A DNA stretch of 64,000 nucleotides, taken from IMG/VR virus record IMGVR_UViG_3300043409_002481, positions 11,700-75,699 of that record, one strand, 5' to 3'. The stretch's first letter is position 1. Each line of letters begins with the position of its first letter. Source of the DNA: a virus. Under the pieces are notes generated by a model. That model was given only the letters and a program-made list of their open reading frames with translations. It had not been told where the DNA came from and searched no databases. The translations under genes were made by a program, and so were the position numbers. Positions 20,163 through 29,888 of the stretch are shown piece by piece.

Positions 20163-20643
20163 TAGCGATCGCCTCAACAGTATCTTTAAAAAATGAAATA
20201 GCTTTGTCCATAGTTGCTTGCTCCGATGCCCTGACAAAAGACAGTTTGAGCGATGTAGGGGAACATGGCGCGATCGTTAGTTGGATCTTTTTGGCATGGC
20301 ATAGCAGTATTAGCAAGGTTAGAGATCCACCAAAATAGCCAGTTGTTAATTTACATGGGTAATTTAAATCAATGCGATTACCTTTACCTGTCCAGCCTTT
20401 ATAAGAAACAACATTTTCCCAGTGGTATAACCCCGCATGAGATACTTCTTCGCGAGTGCCGCCTTTAGGCATTTGGACGTTAGAGATTTCAAATCTTATA
20501 CATCCAAACCTTTGCTCTACCTTAGTTTGATACTTGCGAATCGTTTTGATAAAACTCTTGTGATCAATATCAAGACGATCAGCAATCAAACGAGAATCTA
20601 CAACAAAAACTCTATCAACTTCTATTACAGTCAACTTACTCAT
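20155..20643 (-). CDS. Chimeric/truncated Rha-like protein
   Basis: First ~65 aa resemble 3243-4025 (VVDSRLIADRLDIDHKSF); the remainder is unrelated. Confidence 0.6.
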   Translation of the reverse strand: MSKLTVIEVDRVFVVDSRLIADRLDIDHKSFIKTIRKYQTKVEQRFGCIRFEISNVQMPKGGTREEVSHAGLYHWENVVSYKGWTGKGNRIDLNYPCKLTTGYFGGSLTLLILLCHAKKIQLTIAPCSPTSLKLSFVRASEQATMDKAISFFKDTVEAIANV

Positions 20644-21139
20644 TAGTTGCAACCTCACCAGCTTTCATAATTGCGTGGTACATTTCAGCAGCTTCCACAA
20701 TTCTATGGAATGTCATATAAATGTATTCTCCTTCGCGCCGCAATGCTTTTAGCTTGTCTAGGTCAGATGCTAAGACAAGCAAGCAAATCTTGCCATTTGG
20801 TTTTGTCTTTCTTACTCTTTTTACTGGTTTAACAAAAACTTTTTTGCCACTAACATTTAACGGTGGCTTAAACCAAGCGATTAAAGCTTTTTCAATTTCT
20901 GGCAACAAATCAGAGCAGCTAACCTCTAACCAAGCGATTGAAGAATCAGGTTGCAAATCTTTGTAATGGTGATGACACTCGGCACTCCACCGACTGCGGG
21001 GATTTACAGCTCTCCCAATATACTGAATAGATCCGTTGGATATTGCAAAATATATACACGGAGCCGTAGGCAATTTCAAGCGATCTCTAAGTGGTACTGA
21101 TGGCAGTGTAGTTAAATCTAGTGATTCAGGATCGCTCAT
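20636..21139 (-). CDS. GIY-YIG nuclease-family protein
   Basis: PCIYF...YIGRAVNPRSRW...EIEKALIAWFKPPLN. Confidence 0.8.
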   Translation of the reverse strand: MSDPESLDLTTLPSVPLRDRLKLPTAPCIYFAISNGSIQYIGRAVNPRSRWSAECHHHYKDLQPDSSIAWLEVSCSDLLPEIEKALIAWFKPPLNVSGKKVFVKPVKRVRKTKPNGKICLLVLASDLDKLKALRREGEYIYMTFHRIVEAAEMYHAIMKAGEVATNE

Positions 21140-21357
21140 GATAAAACCTCTAACAAATCTTCTGGCAAACATTCAAACACCTTGCAAAGCTTTGCAACAC
21201 GTTCAATAGACTTTCTATTGTTCTTACCTTTCTCCCAATTCTGGAAACCAGCAACAGTCATTCCTAGCTCATCGGCTAGATCTTTTTGAGTCAAACCTTT
21301 TCTTTGCCTAAGCTCTGAAATTTTTGATAAAGCCATATACTCCTCTGTGTAATTCAA
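21136..21357 (-). CDS. XRE/Cro-like HTH regulator
   Basis: ISELRQRKGLTQKDLADELGMTVAGFQNWEKG. Confidence 0.9.
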   Translation of the reverse strand: MNYTEEYMALSKISELRQRKGLTQKDLADELGMTVAGFQNWEKGKNNRKSIERVAKLCKVFECLPEDLLEVLS

Positions 21358-21369
21358 TTATCAGTAAAG

Positions 21370-21445
21370 CATAAAAAACTTTATAAGTCAACAAAATATT
21401 TGACTAAAAAACTTATTGACTTATTCAAAATACTATGTAATACTT
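21370..21445. promoter_or_regulatory. Divergent promoter/operator region
   Basis: AAGTCAA...TTGACTA...TTGACTT elements and a TAATAC-like -10 between the XRE gene and the rightward early operon. Confidence 0.5.
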
Positions 21446-21540
21446 GAATTATTGAATCGCAAAACAAAAAGCGCGGTCGCCCCTTAACAGCAACCGCGCT
21501 TAGTACAAAATCTAATTCTCTCTTCTAACGGTATCTTATC

Positions 21541-22002
21541 ATGATCAGTCAAAAAGTTAAAAAGTTCGCAAATGATAACGGGTTTGACTTCTATGTTTCT
21601 AGATTGGGTTACAGCACTACAGCACAAATCACCAATCTCGACGGCTCTGTAAATATCACCCGTTGCAGTAATAACTCTAAATTGGCACTGCAAGCCATCA
21701 ACACTCTAATTGCACAACGCAAGCTTGATGCTAAATCCGATGATGCGATCGTCACTGAATCCGAGCAAGCCATCACCGATCTCTTGCCCCCTACCGTCAC
21801 CATCTGCGAAGTAGAAGCAGAGCAAGCTTATCAAGAGCTTTTACCAGTAGTTGATGAGTGGGAATTGAATCGCCAAGAACGTATCGCGGCACAAGGCACA
21901 CTTACCGCCGATGATTTTCAATCTACCTACTCACCACGCGATAACTACGGTGACAATGCATTTTCGATGAGCATGAGCTATGGTTGCGGAGCATTGATCT
22001 AA
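21541..22002 (+). CDS. Hypothetical protein
   Basis: First gene of the rightward operon. Confidence 0.6.
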   Translation: MISQKVKKFANDNGFDFYVSRLGYSTTAQITNLDGSVNITRCSNNSKLALQAINTLIAQRKLDAKSDDAIVTESEQAITDLLPPTVTICEVEAEQAYQELLPVVDEWELNRQERIAAQGTLTADDFQSTYSPRDNYGDNAFSMSMSYGCGALI

Positions 22003-22150
22003 TGTACAAACCCCTTCAACAAACGCGCTACCAAGGCGCGATCGCCACAATAATCGATACTCTTGGTAACGTCGCAGGATACGATTCTTTGATTAACTGG
22101 AACGGGATACACAAACCCGTCGCACACGATGAGCTTAAGGAGGTTTAGCA

Positions 22151-22339
22151 ATGGCAGAGTTAGGCGAATTTTGGCGTGATGTCAAAGATGCTCGTAAAGA
22201 GTTCAAAGCACAGCACGGTATCCCCTGCCCTGAGTGCCAACGCTTGCTACCTAAAAGCATTCCCACAATCCTACTACCACAGCAACGATGCAAGGTGGAT
22301 GGGTATAGAGATCCAAGGCAACGTATTAACGAGATTTAG
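22151..22339 (+). CDS. Small Cys-containing protein
   Basis: AAGGAGG RBS; CPEC...C motif. Confidence 0.65.
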   Translation: MAELGEFWRDVKDARKEFKAQHGIPCPECQRLLPKSIPTILLPQQRCKVDGYRDPRQRINEI

Positions 22340-22444
22340 CATGACCCCTTACGACTACTACCATCAACAAATGGTTTACTGGCTGTCTGTCGCGTTCCTA
22401 TCGCCTATTATTTTGGCGATCGCTATTAATATCAATCCACACAG

Positions 22445-22792
22445 GTGAACATCATGAGATTAGAAAAAGTTGGAGCCGAATATAAGCGTAAGTTCAATTT
22501 AGGTAACTACGAAGCAGCAGAGATCGGCGCTATCATTTGGGCTAGTTGCGATGAAGGCGATGACATTGGCGAAGTGTTCGACACTTTGTTTGAAGTAGCT
22601 AAAGAGACGGTTAAAATCAATGTACCGCCAAGCTACAAGAAGCACACCCCGGACTATACAGAATCATTTACCAAGTATGGTCAAAAGGTTGACAAATCTG
22701 AGCTTATTGCTTCTATCGCTAATGATTCTGAGTTGGTTGATAATGACAGACTTTTAGATGAATTAGCAGAGGTGGATAATGGAAAAGCTTGA
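22445..22792 (+). CDS. Hypothetical protein
   Basis: YKRKFNLGNYEAAEIG motif seen in phage early proteins. Confidence 0.6.
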   Translation: MNIMRLEKVGAEYKRKFNLGNYEAAEIGAIIWASCDEGDDIGEVFDTLFEVAKETVKINVPPSYKKHTPDYTESFTKYGQKVDKSELIASIANDSELVDNDRLLDELAEVDNGKA

Positions 22793-23045
22793 TTTACTTG
22801 ACGGTCAATACACCGTTATTTACGATCCCGAAACTGAACTAATCTCTGAGGTTTTGCGGCACGGAGAAAAGTGGAGAACTGTGCATGGCGACAATCTTAT
22901 TCATGCTTTATTCTGGAAGGTGTTAGAGTTAAGCAAAAAATAACCACCACCGCCCCTACAGCGCTTTGTAGGTTTTGCACCGTAGCGAGTTGCGAGTAAA
23001 AAAGAGCTAAATTAAACGAAATAAAAGACGGAAACAAAAGACATT

Positions 23046-24086
23046 ATGGCTATTCAATTTTCACTAAAAACAATGCCCTTTGCTGCCAATCTTCTTACCC
23101 AAGATGAATGGACACAAGTTGGGTATGGAGAACTAGCAGCTACAGCCGAAATTACGGCTGGTGATTACTCTGAGATCTTCTATGCTATTCTTGCAATCCT
23201 TTGCGGTGCTAACAACAATAAGTACTCAATGGACGAGCTTTTTTCTGAGATTTTCTCAGTTCGCAGCTCCGCGACTGATACTGATCGCCGCTTGGTTGAA
23301 GACATTTATGGCGGTCGTATCAAAAAGAAAGATGATGAGTTGCTTCTAATCTTTGGTAATCGTCAATTCCCGATCGTTCAGGATGGCGAAAATCTAATCT
23401 GTGGCAATATTACAGGTCGCCTCACTTCCACTCCTAAGAAGGATATAAACGATAAACAATACTATGTCTTGGAATGGTCGCCTAAAGCTTCTTACGAAGA
23501 TAAATCTTTTCGCTACATTATCCCTGTAGCGATCGCTAAGGTTGACGACAAGTTCCCATCAATGGACTTGGATCGACTTGATGACATTGCTGAGAAAAAT
23601 AATCTCATTAATTGGGTTGAAACCGTTGGAGCTGGTGGAAGTTTTTTCAAGGCTTACCAGCTTTTTGAAGGCACTGGCATCCAATCTTTTAAGGTTATAG
23701 ATGTATCTGTCACACCTTCTAATAAGGAAGGTTTTAAGGATAATGTGCTGTTTACTCTTGAAGATGGTCGTAAAGTCAATGCAAACAGCAACGCTCAAAC
23801 CTATTTTATTGAACTGAGTGAAGCCGATCGCAAAGCCGCGATCCCTTGCATGTGGACTATCAACAAATACGAAGAGAAAAAGTGTTCTTCATCTGTTGAG
23901 TCTTTAGGTAGGAAGATTGGCTCTACTAAGATTCCTTCATTTGCTAATTTGATAGGCGGCTCTACTGCCGATTTCGAGAAATTGGAAGCAGCGCAAACTA
24001 GAGTAGCTGTAGCACCCGTTGCAGTGATTGAACCTAGTAAGAGCGCTAGTCCTAATGCTGTTGATTTGGATGACCTTCCCTTTTGA
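23046..24086 (+). CDS. Putative single-stranded DNA-binding/recombination protein
   Basis: Acidic C-terminal tip DLDDLPF typical of SSBs; located in the early region. Confidence 0.5.
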   Translation: MAIQFSLKTMPFAANLLTQDEWTQVGYGELAATAEITAGDYSEIFYAILAILCGANNNKYSMDELFSEIFSVRSSATDTDRRLVEDIYGGRIKKKDDELLLIFGNRQFPIVQDGENLICGNITGRLTSTPKKDINDKQYYVLEWSPKASYEDKSFRYIIPVAIAKVDDKFPSMDLDRLDDIAEKNNLINWVETVGAGGSFFKAYQLFEGTGIQSFKVIDVSVTPSNKEGFKDNVLFTLEDGRKVNANSNAQTYFIELSEADRKAAIPCMWTINKYEEKKCSSSVESLGRKIGSTKIPSFANLIGGSTADFEKLEAAQTRVAVAPVAVIEPSKSASPNAVDLDDLPF

Positions 24087-24140
24087 TCGCCACTAAGAGG
24101 GCGGTATAACACCGCCCTTAAACAAACAACAACTAAAACC

Positions 24141-24341
24141 ATGACCAAAGAAGAAGAATTGTGGAATAGATTCAAGGAAATTGAAATAGAGATTTCTCAT
24201 TTGAAGTTTATTATTCAAAATCCTATTTCTGAGTATCCCCTACGACCTGACGACATTACCTCTTGGCAAAGCGAAGCCAAAGCCGCTATTGAACACTTAA
24301 AATTTATCGTTACCAAAACAGATAAATTTGTTAACAGCTAA
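24141..24341 (+). CDS. Hypothetical protein
   Basis: Early operon ORF. Confidence 0.5.
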   Translation: MTKEEELWNRFKEIEIEISHLKFIIQNPISEYPLRPDDITSWQSEAKAAIEHLKFIVTKTDKFVNS

Positions 24342-24386
24342 CTCACACTCACAGGCGGCGCAATGCCGCCTTAACATTACAACATT

Positions 24387-24650
24387 ATGACTAAAACCTA
24401 CGCAGAAAAAGCCATTGGCGAACTAATGCAAGGCGGCATTATCAAGATTGATGATCACGAATACATCTATCAAGATGGTCAATTCTCTACCAAAGCTATC
24501 AGAATTGAGAATGGTATCGAGTCTGAAGTATGGCTTGGCGGTATGTGCGCTGATATGAGTTTTGAGTACTTCTTACAGTACTGCGAAACTAAAACTTTTG
24601 ACGACATTGTTAAAGATTTTCCGATTAAAATTCCCGCAAAACTACGCTAA
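24387..24650 (+). CDS. Hypothetical protein
   Basis: Early operon ORF. Confidence 0.5.
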   Translation: MTKTYAEKAIGELMQGGIIKIDDHEYIYQDGQFSTKAIRIENGIESEVWLGGMCADMSFEYFLQYCETKTFDDIVKDFPIKIPAKLR

Positions 24651-24655
24651 ACATC

Positions 24656-24925
24656 ATGTACCAATTTGAACAAATCATTGACCTGTACGAAGATGAATCC
24701 CATAATCTTTCGGGATTTATTGCAAGCTATAAGAATCTCGGCACTGAAGCATTGGAAGATATTATCCTGAGCTTTCAAGCGCTTTACCAATCTGGTGATA
24801 CAGATTGCGAAACAAACGCTTTCATTCATCAGGATGATTGGCTTGCATTTAGTCACTGGCAACCAAGCGATCAGTCTGATTTTTTGGCTTACCTCGCTAT
24901 TAAGATTGCGATTGCAAGGAGTTGA
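24656..24925 (+). CDS. Hypothetical protein
   Basis: Early operon ORF. Confidence 0.5.
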   Translation: MYQFEQIIDLYEDESHNLSGFIASYKNLGTEALEDIILSFQALYQSGDTDCETNAFIHQDDWLAFSHWQPSDQSDFLAYLAIKIAIARS

Positions 24926-25019
24926 TTATGTTTCTACTAACAGCGATCGGGTTTTGTCTACTCCTTCTTGGTATGTTCTTGCTCCTGTTTTGGCTTGGCT
25001 ACACTATTGGAAAAAGAAG

Positions 25020-25301
25020 ATGATTGACAAGCAATTTAAACTCATCCGCACCATCCGCAAAACAGAAGACGTAACCAAGTACACCGCAAGACTTGATGTA
25101 CTACGCCTCATGATGGAACGCCATCAAAACAGCAATCCCGATTATGATTACGCGATCGTTGACGAACAAGACAACCCCGCCGAATTAGCCGATTTCCTTG
25201 AATCGGAGCTAGCCCATCCTGTGGCTAAGGCGAAGCGGGTTAAGGAAGAGAAGAAAGAGCAGTACAAAGCTAATGTAGTTAAGAGGTTGAAGCAATGCTA
25301 G
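25020..25301 (+). CDS. Hypothetical protein
   Basis: Likely start MIDKQF. Confidence 0.5.
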   Translation: MIDKQFKLIRTIRKTEDVTKYTARLDVLRLMMERHQNSNPDYDYAIVDEQDNPAELADFLESELAHPVAKAKRVKEEKKEQYKANVVKRLKQC

Positions 25302-25576
25302 ACGTAATTAAAGTCGCCATCACCGCCGCACACATCGCGGCTGCAAAGTATCCCAGTAATTCGCCATTAGCTCTTGCCCTGCGAGAAATTGGCTATGCCG
25401 ATGCTCACGTTACACAGCGCTACGCATATATCGGTAACAAGGTTTATGCACTACCAGAGAATGCGATCGCATCAGAGCGTTGTTTTGATTACTTGGCTAA
25501 AGGCGGATCAACGCAAGGTGAGATTGCTGAGAATATTTTTGCTTATGAGTGCGAGTTGGTGGAGTTGGTGCAGTGA
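25295..25576 (+). CDS. Hypothetical protein
   Basis: Coupled ORF. Confidence 0.5.
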   Translation: MLDVIKVAITAAHIAAAKYPSNSPLALALREIGYADAHVTQRYAYIGNKVYALPENAIASERCFDYLAKGGSTQGEIAENIFAYECELVELVQ

Positions 25577-25651
25577 CTTTAAACGAAGTTTTACAAATCA
25601 TCAAAAAAGCGATAGAAGATGGCACTATAACTATTTAGGAGCGATCGCATC

Positions 25652-25903
25652 ATGAAATCATGGGAACAGAAATCACTCGCAATCATTAACCCAACTGTGC
25701 ATTTATTGCGGAGCGATTGCGAGAACGGGACTATTACAGAGAAAGACTTGCGAAGGATTTTATCTAAAAAATATCCTTTCGGGCAAAGGGTAAACCATCC
25801 TTACAAAATTTGGTGCAAGTGTGTAAATCTTGCGATTGAGGATGTGTTTGCAGCAAAGCAAGAATCGCTAGAACAGCTTCCATTATTTGAGGTTGCGTCA
25901 TGA
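25652..25903 (+). CDS. Hypothetical phage protein
   Basis: YPFGQRVNHPYKIW motif; AGGAG RBS. Confidence 0.6.
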   Translation: MKSWEQKSLAIINPTVHLLRSDCENGTITEKDLRRILSKKYPFGQRVNHPYKIWCKCVNLAIEDVFAAKQESLEQLPLFEVAS

Positions 25904-26807
25904 GACGGCTCAAAATGATCAGCCTGTTCTCTGGCATAGGCGGATTTGAAGTAGCAGGGGAATGGGTCGGAATTGAAACACTTGAATCGGTTGAAATTAA
26001 CCCATTCTGCCAAAAAGTATTAAAGAAAAACTTTCCAAACACACCAATTTACAACGATGTCACCACATACAAGCCTCCGTCATACTGCGATCTCGTTGTT
26101 GGCGGATCGCCTTGTCAAGACCTTTCAATCGCAGGAGCGCAAAAAGGTATCATTGAAGGCAAACGATCAAGCCTATGGTTTGAGCAGCTACGAATCTACA
26201 AGGAAAGTGGAGCAACTTTCCTTATTTGGGAAAACGTCACAGGAGCTTTTCGCAACGGATTTAGAGAAGTTCTCAGGAGCCTTTCCGAAAGCGGGTACGA
26301 TGCGGAATGGCAAGTTATCAGCGCAGCCGCCCTTGGAGCGCCACACCTTAGAGAGCGAATTTTTCTCATTGCCTACCCCACAAGCTTACAGTTTTCAGCA
26401 GAGCCGCAGACCTGGGCAGACCAAATTGGATGTCAAGCTGCGATCGCTGCTTCCTACCCCTACAGTTTGCGGGAACCACAACCGCAAAGGAGCCAGCAAA
26501 AAAAGCGGAGACGGTCTAGTGACTGCATTGCAAAAGTTGCTCCCTACCCCAGATGCAAACGAAGGGAAGCGAGGAACTTGCTCAATAACAAGATTTCTCA
26601 ACACAAAAAAGCAAACTCATTTAGTGGATTATGTGAAACACAACCTGGGGCTACCTACTGGTCAAGTATTGAACCCCCAATTTGTGGAGTGGATGCAGGC
26701 TTCCCCATAGGGTGGACAGACTTGCAGCTTTAGGTAATGCGATCGTACCTCAGTGTGCGGTTGTTCCATTACTTAGAGTTAAATATCTAGCGTCATTGCT
26801 CCAATAA
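25900..26807 (+). CDS. C5-cytosine DNA methyltransferase alpha chain; motif X displaced by a 1-nt frameshift near 26698
   Basis: SLFSGIGG (I), GGSPCQD (IV), ENV (VI), RERIF (VIII). Motif X (RLAALGNAIVPQ) lies in another frame ending TAA at 26807. Confidence 0.85.
26057..26733 (+). CDS. C5 MTase beta chain (TRD + motif IX) in the overlapping +1 frame
   Basis: PKAGTMRNG, three LPTP repeats, LNPQFVEWM; the expected GFPIGWTD end is reached across the same frameshift. Confidence 0.7.
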
Positions 26808-26878
26808 AAATCAGCGATCGCCCCATGACAAGCGATCGCTGAATACCCGAAAACTGCATTTCTACCAAGTATTAAACC

Positions 26879-27097
26879 ATGAAACTATTACTAATCACTC
26901 TTGCATTGCTTTCTATATCCACCCCTGCGATCGCACAAGTTAACCGCACCGCTGGCGATCGCGTTTCTAATCTTGGCACTGTATCAGCCAAAAACAATCG
27001 CGAGGCTGCTAAATTGTGCCGCAAAAAGGGCGGTAACGTTGTGATTAAATCTGGTAAAACCTACACATGCACTTATGTGCAGAGGTTAGCAAGATGA
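26879..27097 (+). CDS. Small secreted protein
   Basis: Signal peptide MKLLLITLALLSISTPAIA; two Cys. Confidence 0.6.
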   Translation: MKLLLITLALLSISTPAIAQVNRTAGDRVSNLGTVSAKNNREAAKLCRKKGGNVVIKSGKTYTCTYVQRLAR

Positions 27098-27567
27098 TGG
27101 ATTATATTTTTACCCGTCGCGAAGTCTTAGCAGTCACTAAATCTACATCTAATCAGCTTCAGTATTTAGAGCGTAAAGTCTTAATCAACCCCGTTCGTGT
27201 AGAGAAAACTGGTAAACCTACAGTGCTTTACTCTTTGGGGCAAATGATGGCGATCACCCTGAATAAACGGCTTAAAAATATTGACAGTGATTGCGCTACT
27301 TCATTGGTTTATTTTCTAGGAAACTTTAATAAGCCTGTAGATTTTGATTATGCTGGTACATCGCTTTACTGCATAGGTGGTTATGTCAGTTTCGATATTA
27401 CGGATTTAGTGCCAGACATCAAAGCTGTAACCCCTTACACCAAAAACCCAAGTCAGCACATACTCGCTATGGTTCCAGACTTAGGCGAAATCCTAGCAGA
27501 AATTATCGTCAATGCTAAAAGTTCTGATGTGATTGATTTCGATTCATTTAGAGGTCGTATAAGATGA
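27094..27567 (+). CDS. MerR-like HTH protein
   Basis: FTRREVLAVTKSTSNQLQYLERKVLINP...VLYS. Confidence 0.65.
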   Translation: MMDYIFTRREVLAVTKSTSNQLQYLERKVLINPVRVEKTGKPTVLYSLGQMMAITLNKRLKNIDSDCATSLVYFLGNFNKPVDFDYAGTSLYCIGGYVSFDITDLVPDIKAVTPYTKNPSQHILAMVPDLGEILAEIIVNAKSSDVIDFDSFRGRIR

Positions 27568-27806
27568 CAGACCTAACCCGCCTCTATGCCCTAACCGACG
27601 AAATGAAATACGCCGCCCAAAACAAAGGCTTGGACGAGAAAGCGTTACGGGCGCAACTGATGCAACTACGCAGCAAAATCAACCGCGAATTGGCTGCGAT
27701 CGTTGCGGCTAATGCGCGGATTGAGTAAAATAAACTAACTTCACATTCCCCAAGCCGTTGCACCCGTGACGGCTTTTTTTGTGGATAAAATAGTTTGGTT
27801 TTACTA

Positions 27807-27854
27807 TTGACAAAACCTATAGACTCGATCAATAATAGATCATTGAGTTAAACA
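27807..27854 (+). promoter_or_regulatory. Sigma70-type promoter sharing a 30-bp leader with 4826-4855
   Basis: TTGACA at 27807, AATAAT at 27831. Confidence 0.7.
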
Positions 27855-27859
27855 AGGCG

Positions 27860-28177
27860 ATGACTAATCTGACAAAAGAGAATTACACGGTTGAGTTAAA
27901 AGAACATGTTACTGGGCTGGGAGTTGATAGCCGTAATCGTGAGATCGGTGTTTTAATTGAAAAATTTATATCTATTTTTACTCCCACAGATACTAGCTAT
28001 GGGTGGACGAAAAAGGCTGGTACTTACTATGGTTTTAAACCACACTCCACACGCAATAGTCAAACTTATGGGGCTTCCCAAGAGCGTCGCTATTTTAATA
28101 CTCCAGAAGAGAGAGACAAAGCGGTAGCTAAGTATATGAATACTAAATGCAAACGGGAGAAAGCACCTAATGCCTAG
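27860..28177 (+). CDS. Hypothetical protein
   Basis: ORF directly after the promoter. Confidence 0.6.
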   Translation: MTNLTKENYTVELKEHVTGLGVDSRNREIGVLIEKFISIFTPTDTSYGWTKKAGTYYGFKPHSTRNSQTYGASQERRYFNTPEERDKAVAKYMNTKCKREKAPNA

Positions 28178-28475
28178 AGGCGGCGCTCACGGAGGCGGTA
28201 GACCCAAAATACCGCCCGAAATAAAGGCTAAAACAGTAACCTACTATATAAGCCCTATCCTGATTGATGCGATCGCCGCATCAGGTGAAAATAAATCTCA
28301 TCTAGTCGAAAAAGCTTTGCTCAAGCATTTTGGCATTACTCCTTTGCAATGGGAGATATACACAGTTTGGATTGAATGCGATCGCAGGGTCATCGCAGCA
28401 GCCGAAAAGTTAGGGCGCGATCCTGAGAACGTAAGGCAAGTTGTTGCAAAGGTTGAACGGAAATTAAAAACATAG
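28170..28475 (+). CDS. DNA-binding protein (GRP hook + RHH/HTH)
   Basis: RGGAHGGGRPK...NKSHLVEKAL...AAAEKLGRDPENVRQ. Confidence 0.65.
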   Translation: MPRGGAHGGGRPKIPPEIKAKTVTYYISPILIDAIAASGENKSHLVEKALLKHFGITPLQWEIYTVWIECDRRVIAAAEKLGRDPENVRQVVAKVERKLKT

Positions 28476-28709
28476 TTTTGAGAGCTGCTATCTAAGCAGC
28501 TTTTTTGTGCTGATTATCCGCAGCCAATTGCTGATTATCAACACCACACATAGAGAATTATCTATGCTTTGCGGGGTTGGGATTATGGATTTGATGCATA
28601 TAGTTTTGCTTATGATAATCGTCAAAATCATTTGGAAGTAATGCTTTACAATTATAGGAATAAGGTATATATTTATATAGTAAGCAAGTAAAACAAAGAG
28701 CTAACTACC

Positions 28710-28937
28710 ATGACTAGTCAAATTAAAGAAATTTTTTCCTATGACGATCTCATTGATGCGATTGAATATTTAGGCGAAACAGGTCGAGTATTTCCCTTTG
28801 CCTCTGGTGGTTCAATTCAATTTCAACGCCATGAAAACAGCGATCGCTTATATGCGGGTCAAGCTGCCGATAATTTTGAATTGAATGATGCTGATATGGA
28901 GCAATTGCATATTGATTTAGTTTCAATTAACCAATAA
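28710..28937 (+). CDS. Hypothetical protein
   Basis: ORF after an AT-rich promoter-like region. Confidence 0.5.
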   Translation: MTSQIKEIFSYDDLIDAIEYLGETGRVFPFASGGSIQFQRHENSDRLYAGQAADNFELNDADMEQLHIDLVSINQ

Positions 28938-29010
28938 TTCTAACTGATGTTTTTAGCGATCGTCATCGCAGCGATCGCTAAGTAAATTTATTTAACTAAG
29001 GAGTAAAAAC

Positions 29011-29190
29011 ATGGCAAAGAAAAAGTATGAGGATCGGGTTTTGGTGACTGCATGGGTTGACGAAGACTTGCGGACTCAGGCAAACATCGCAGGGCAACTG
29101 CTCAAGAAGTCTGTAACTGACATGGTGATCGAAGCATTAGAAGCGGCGATCGCTGAAGCAAAAGCTAAGTCTGATGAGGTGGCGGCGTGA
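29011..29190 (+). CDS. RHH-like DNA-binding protein (not in ORF track)
   Basis: Hand-translated MAKKKYEDRVLVTAWVDEDLRTQANIAGQLLKKSVTDMVIEALE...; AAGGAG RBS. Confidence 0.6.
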   Translation: MAKKKYEDRVLVTAWVDEDLRTQANIAGQLLKKSVTDMVIEALEAAIAEAKAKSDEVAA

Positions 29191-29402
29191 CTAGTTGTCT
29201 TAAATGCAAGTACTTACAAACCAGAGACGAAATAGATTTGCTGTATCGCATCGGTAAAACCACTTTGTCATGCAGTAATGGTGATGCTGTTTTCGCAGGA
29301 TACAAGGAATGGGAACGGCTAGATCCCAAGCTCGTGAAAGATTATCCTAAAACTTGTAGACAGTTTGAAAAGACAATTGCGAATAAGGAGCATATAGCAT
29401 GA
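29187..29402 (+). CDS. Small Cys-containing protein
   Basis: Coupled GTGA overlap. Confidence 0.45.
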   Translation: MTSCLKCKYLQTRDEIDLLYRIGKTTLSCSNGDAVFAGYKEWERLDPKLVKDYPKTCRQFEKTIANKEHIA

Positions 29403-29717
29403 GATTTTTTACACACGAAATCAATTCACGCAACGATGGCATGAAATCGATCAAAAGATTGATACCATCTTGGAGCAAAAACAAGAGCGTATTGAGCTAA
29501 TCCTAGAGGGCAAACGTAAGACTTTACGCGGTATTGGTTCACCCGCAGACATCGCTCAAGAGCTTTGTGAAGATATTCTTGCTAAAGGCAAGAAAAAATA
29601 AAGCTTACCTACTTTGCATAGAGTTCTATTTATGCAAAGTAGGTAAATGATTATTAAATTAATCGGACTATTTAGAACTATAGAACTATACTTAGAGAGT
29701 AGAAATCAATCAAAACT

Positions 29718-29888
29718 ATGGAAACTCAAACCCAAGAATCAACTATTGAGTGGTATCAAGCCAAGGCGCGACTTCCTAAAAAGTTGCATCAACCAAGCAA
29801 GATCGCGCTAGCCAAGCTAAATAAATCCTTGGCAGAAGTTTTTGAAGAAGCCCTTGAACGTGTTATTGCTGAAGCAGGGGTACAGTAA
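29718..29888 (+). CDS. RHH-like regulator preceding rep (not in ORF track)
   Basis: Hand-translated METQTQESTIEWYQAKARLPKKLHQPSKIALAKLNKSLAEVFEEALERVIAEAGVQ. Confidence 0.55.
   Translation: METQTQESTIEWYQAKARLPKKLHQPSKIALAKLNKSLAEVFEEALERVIAEAGVQ

Noticed and set aside
29605-29646. Long near-perfect inverted repeat as a possible protelomerase (telRL) site
   Set aside because: It has a loop, follows a stop codon like a terminator, and no protelomerase is visible.
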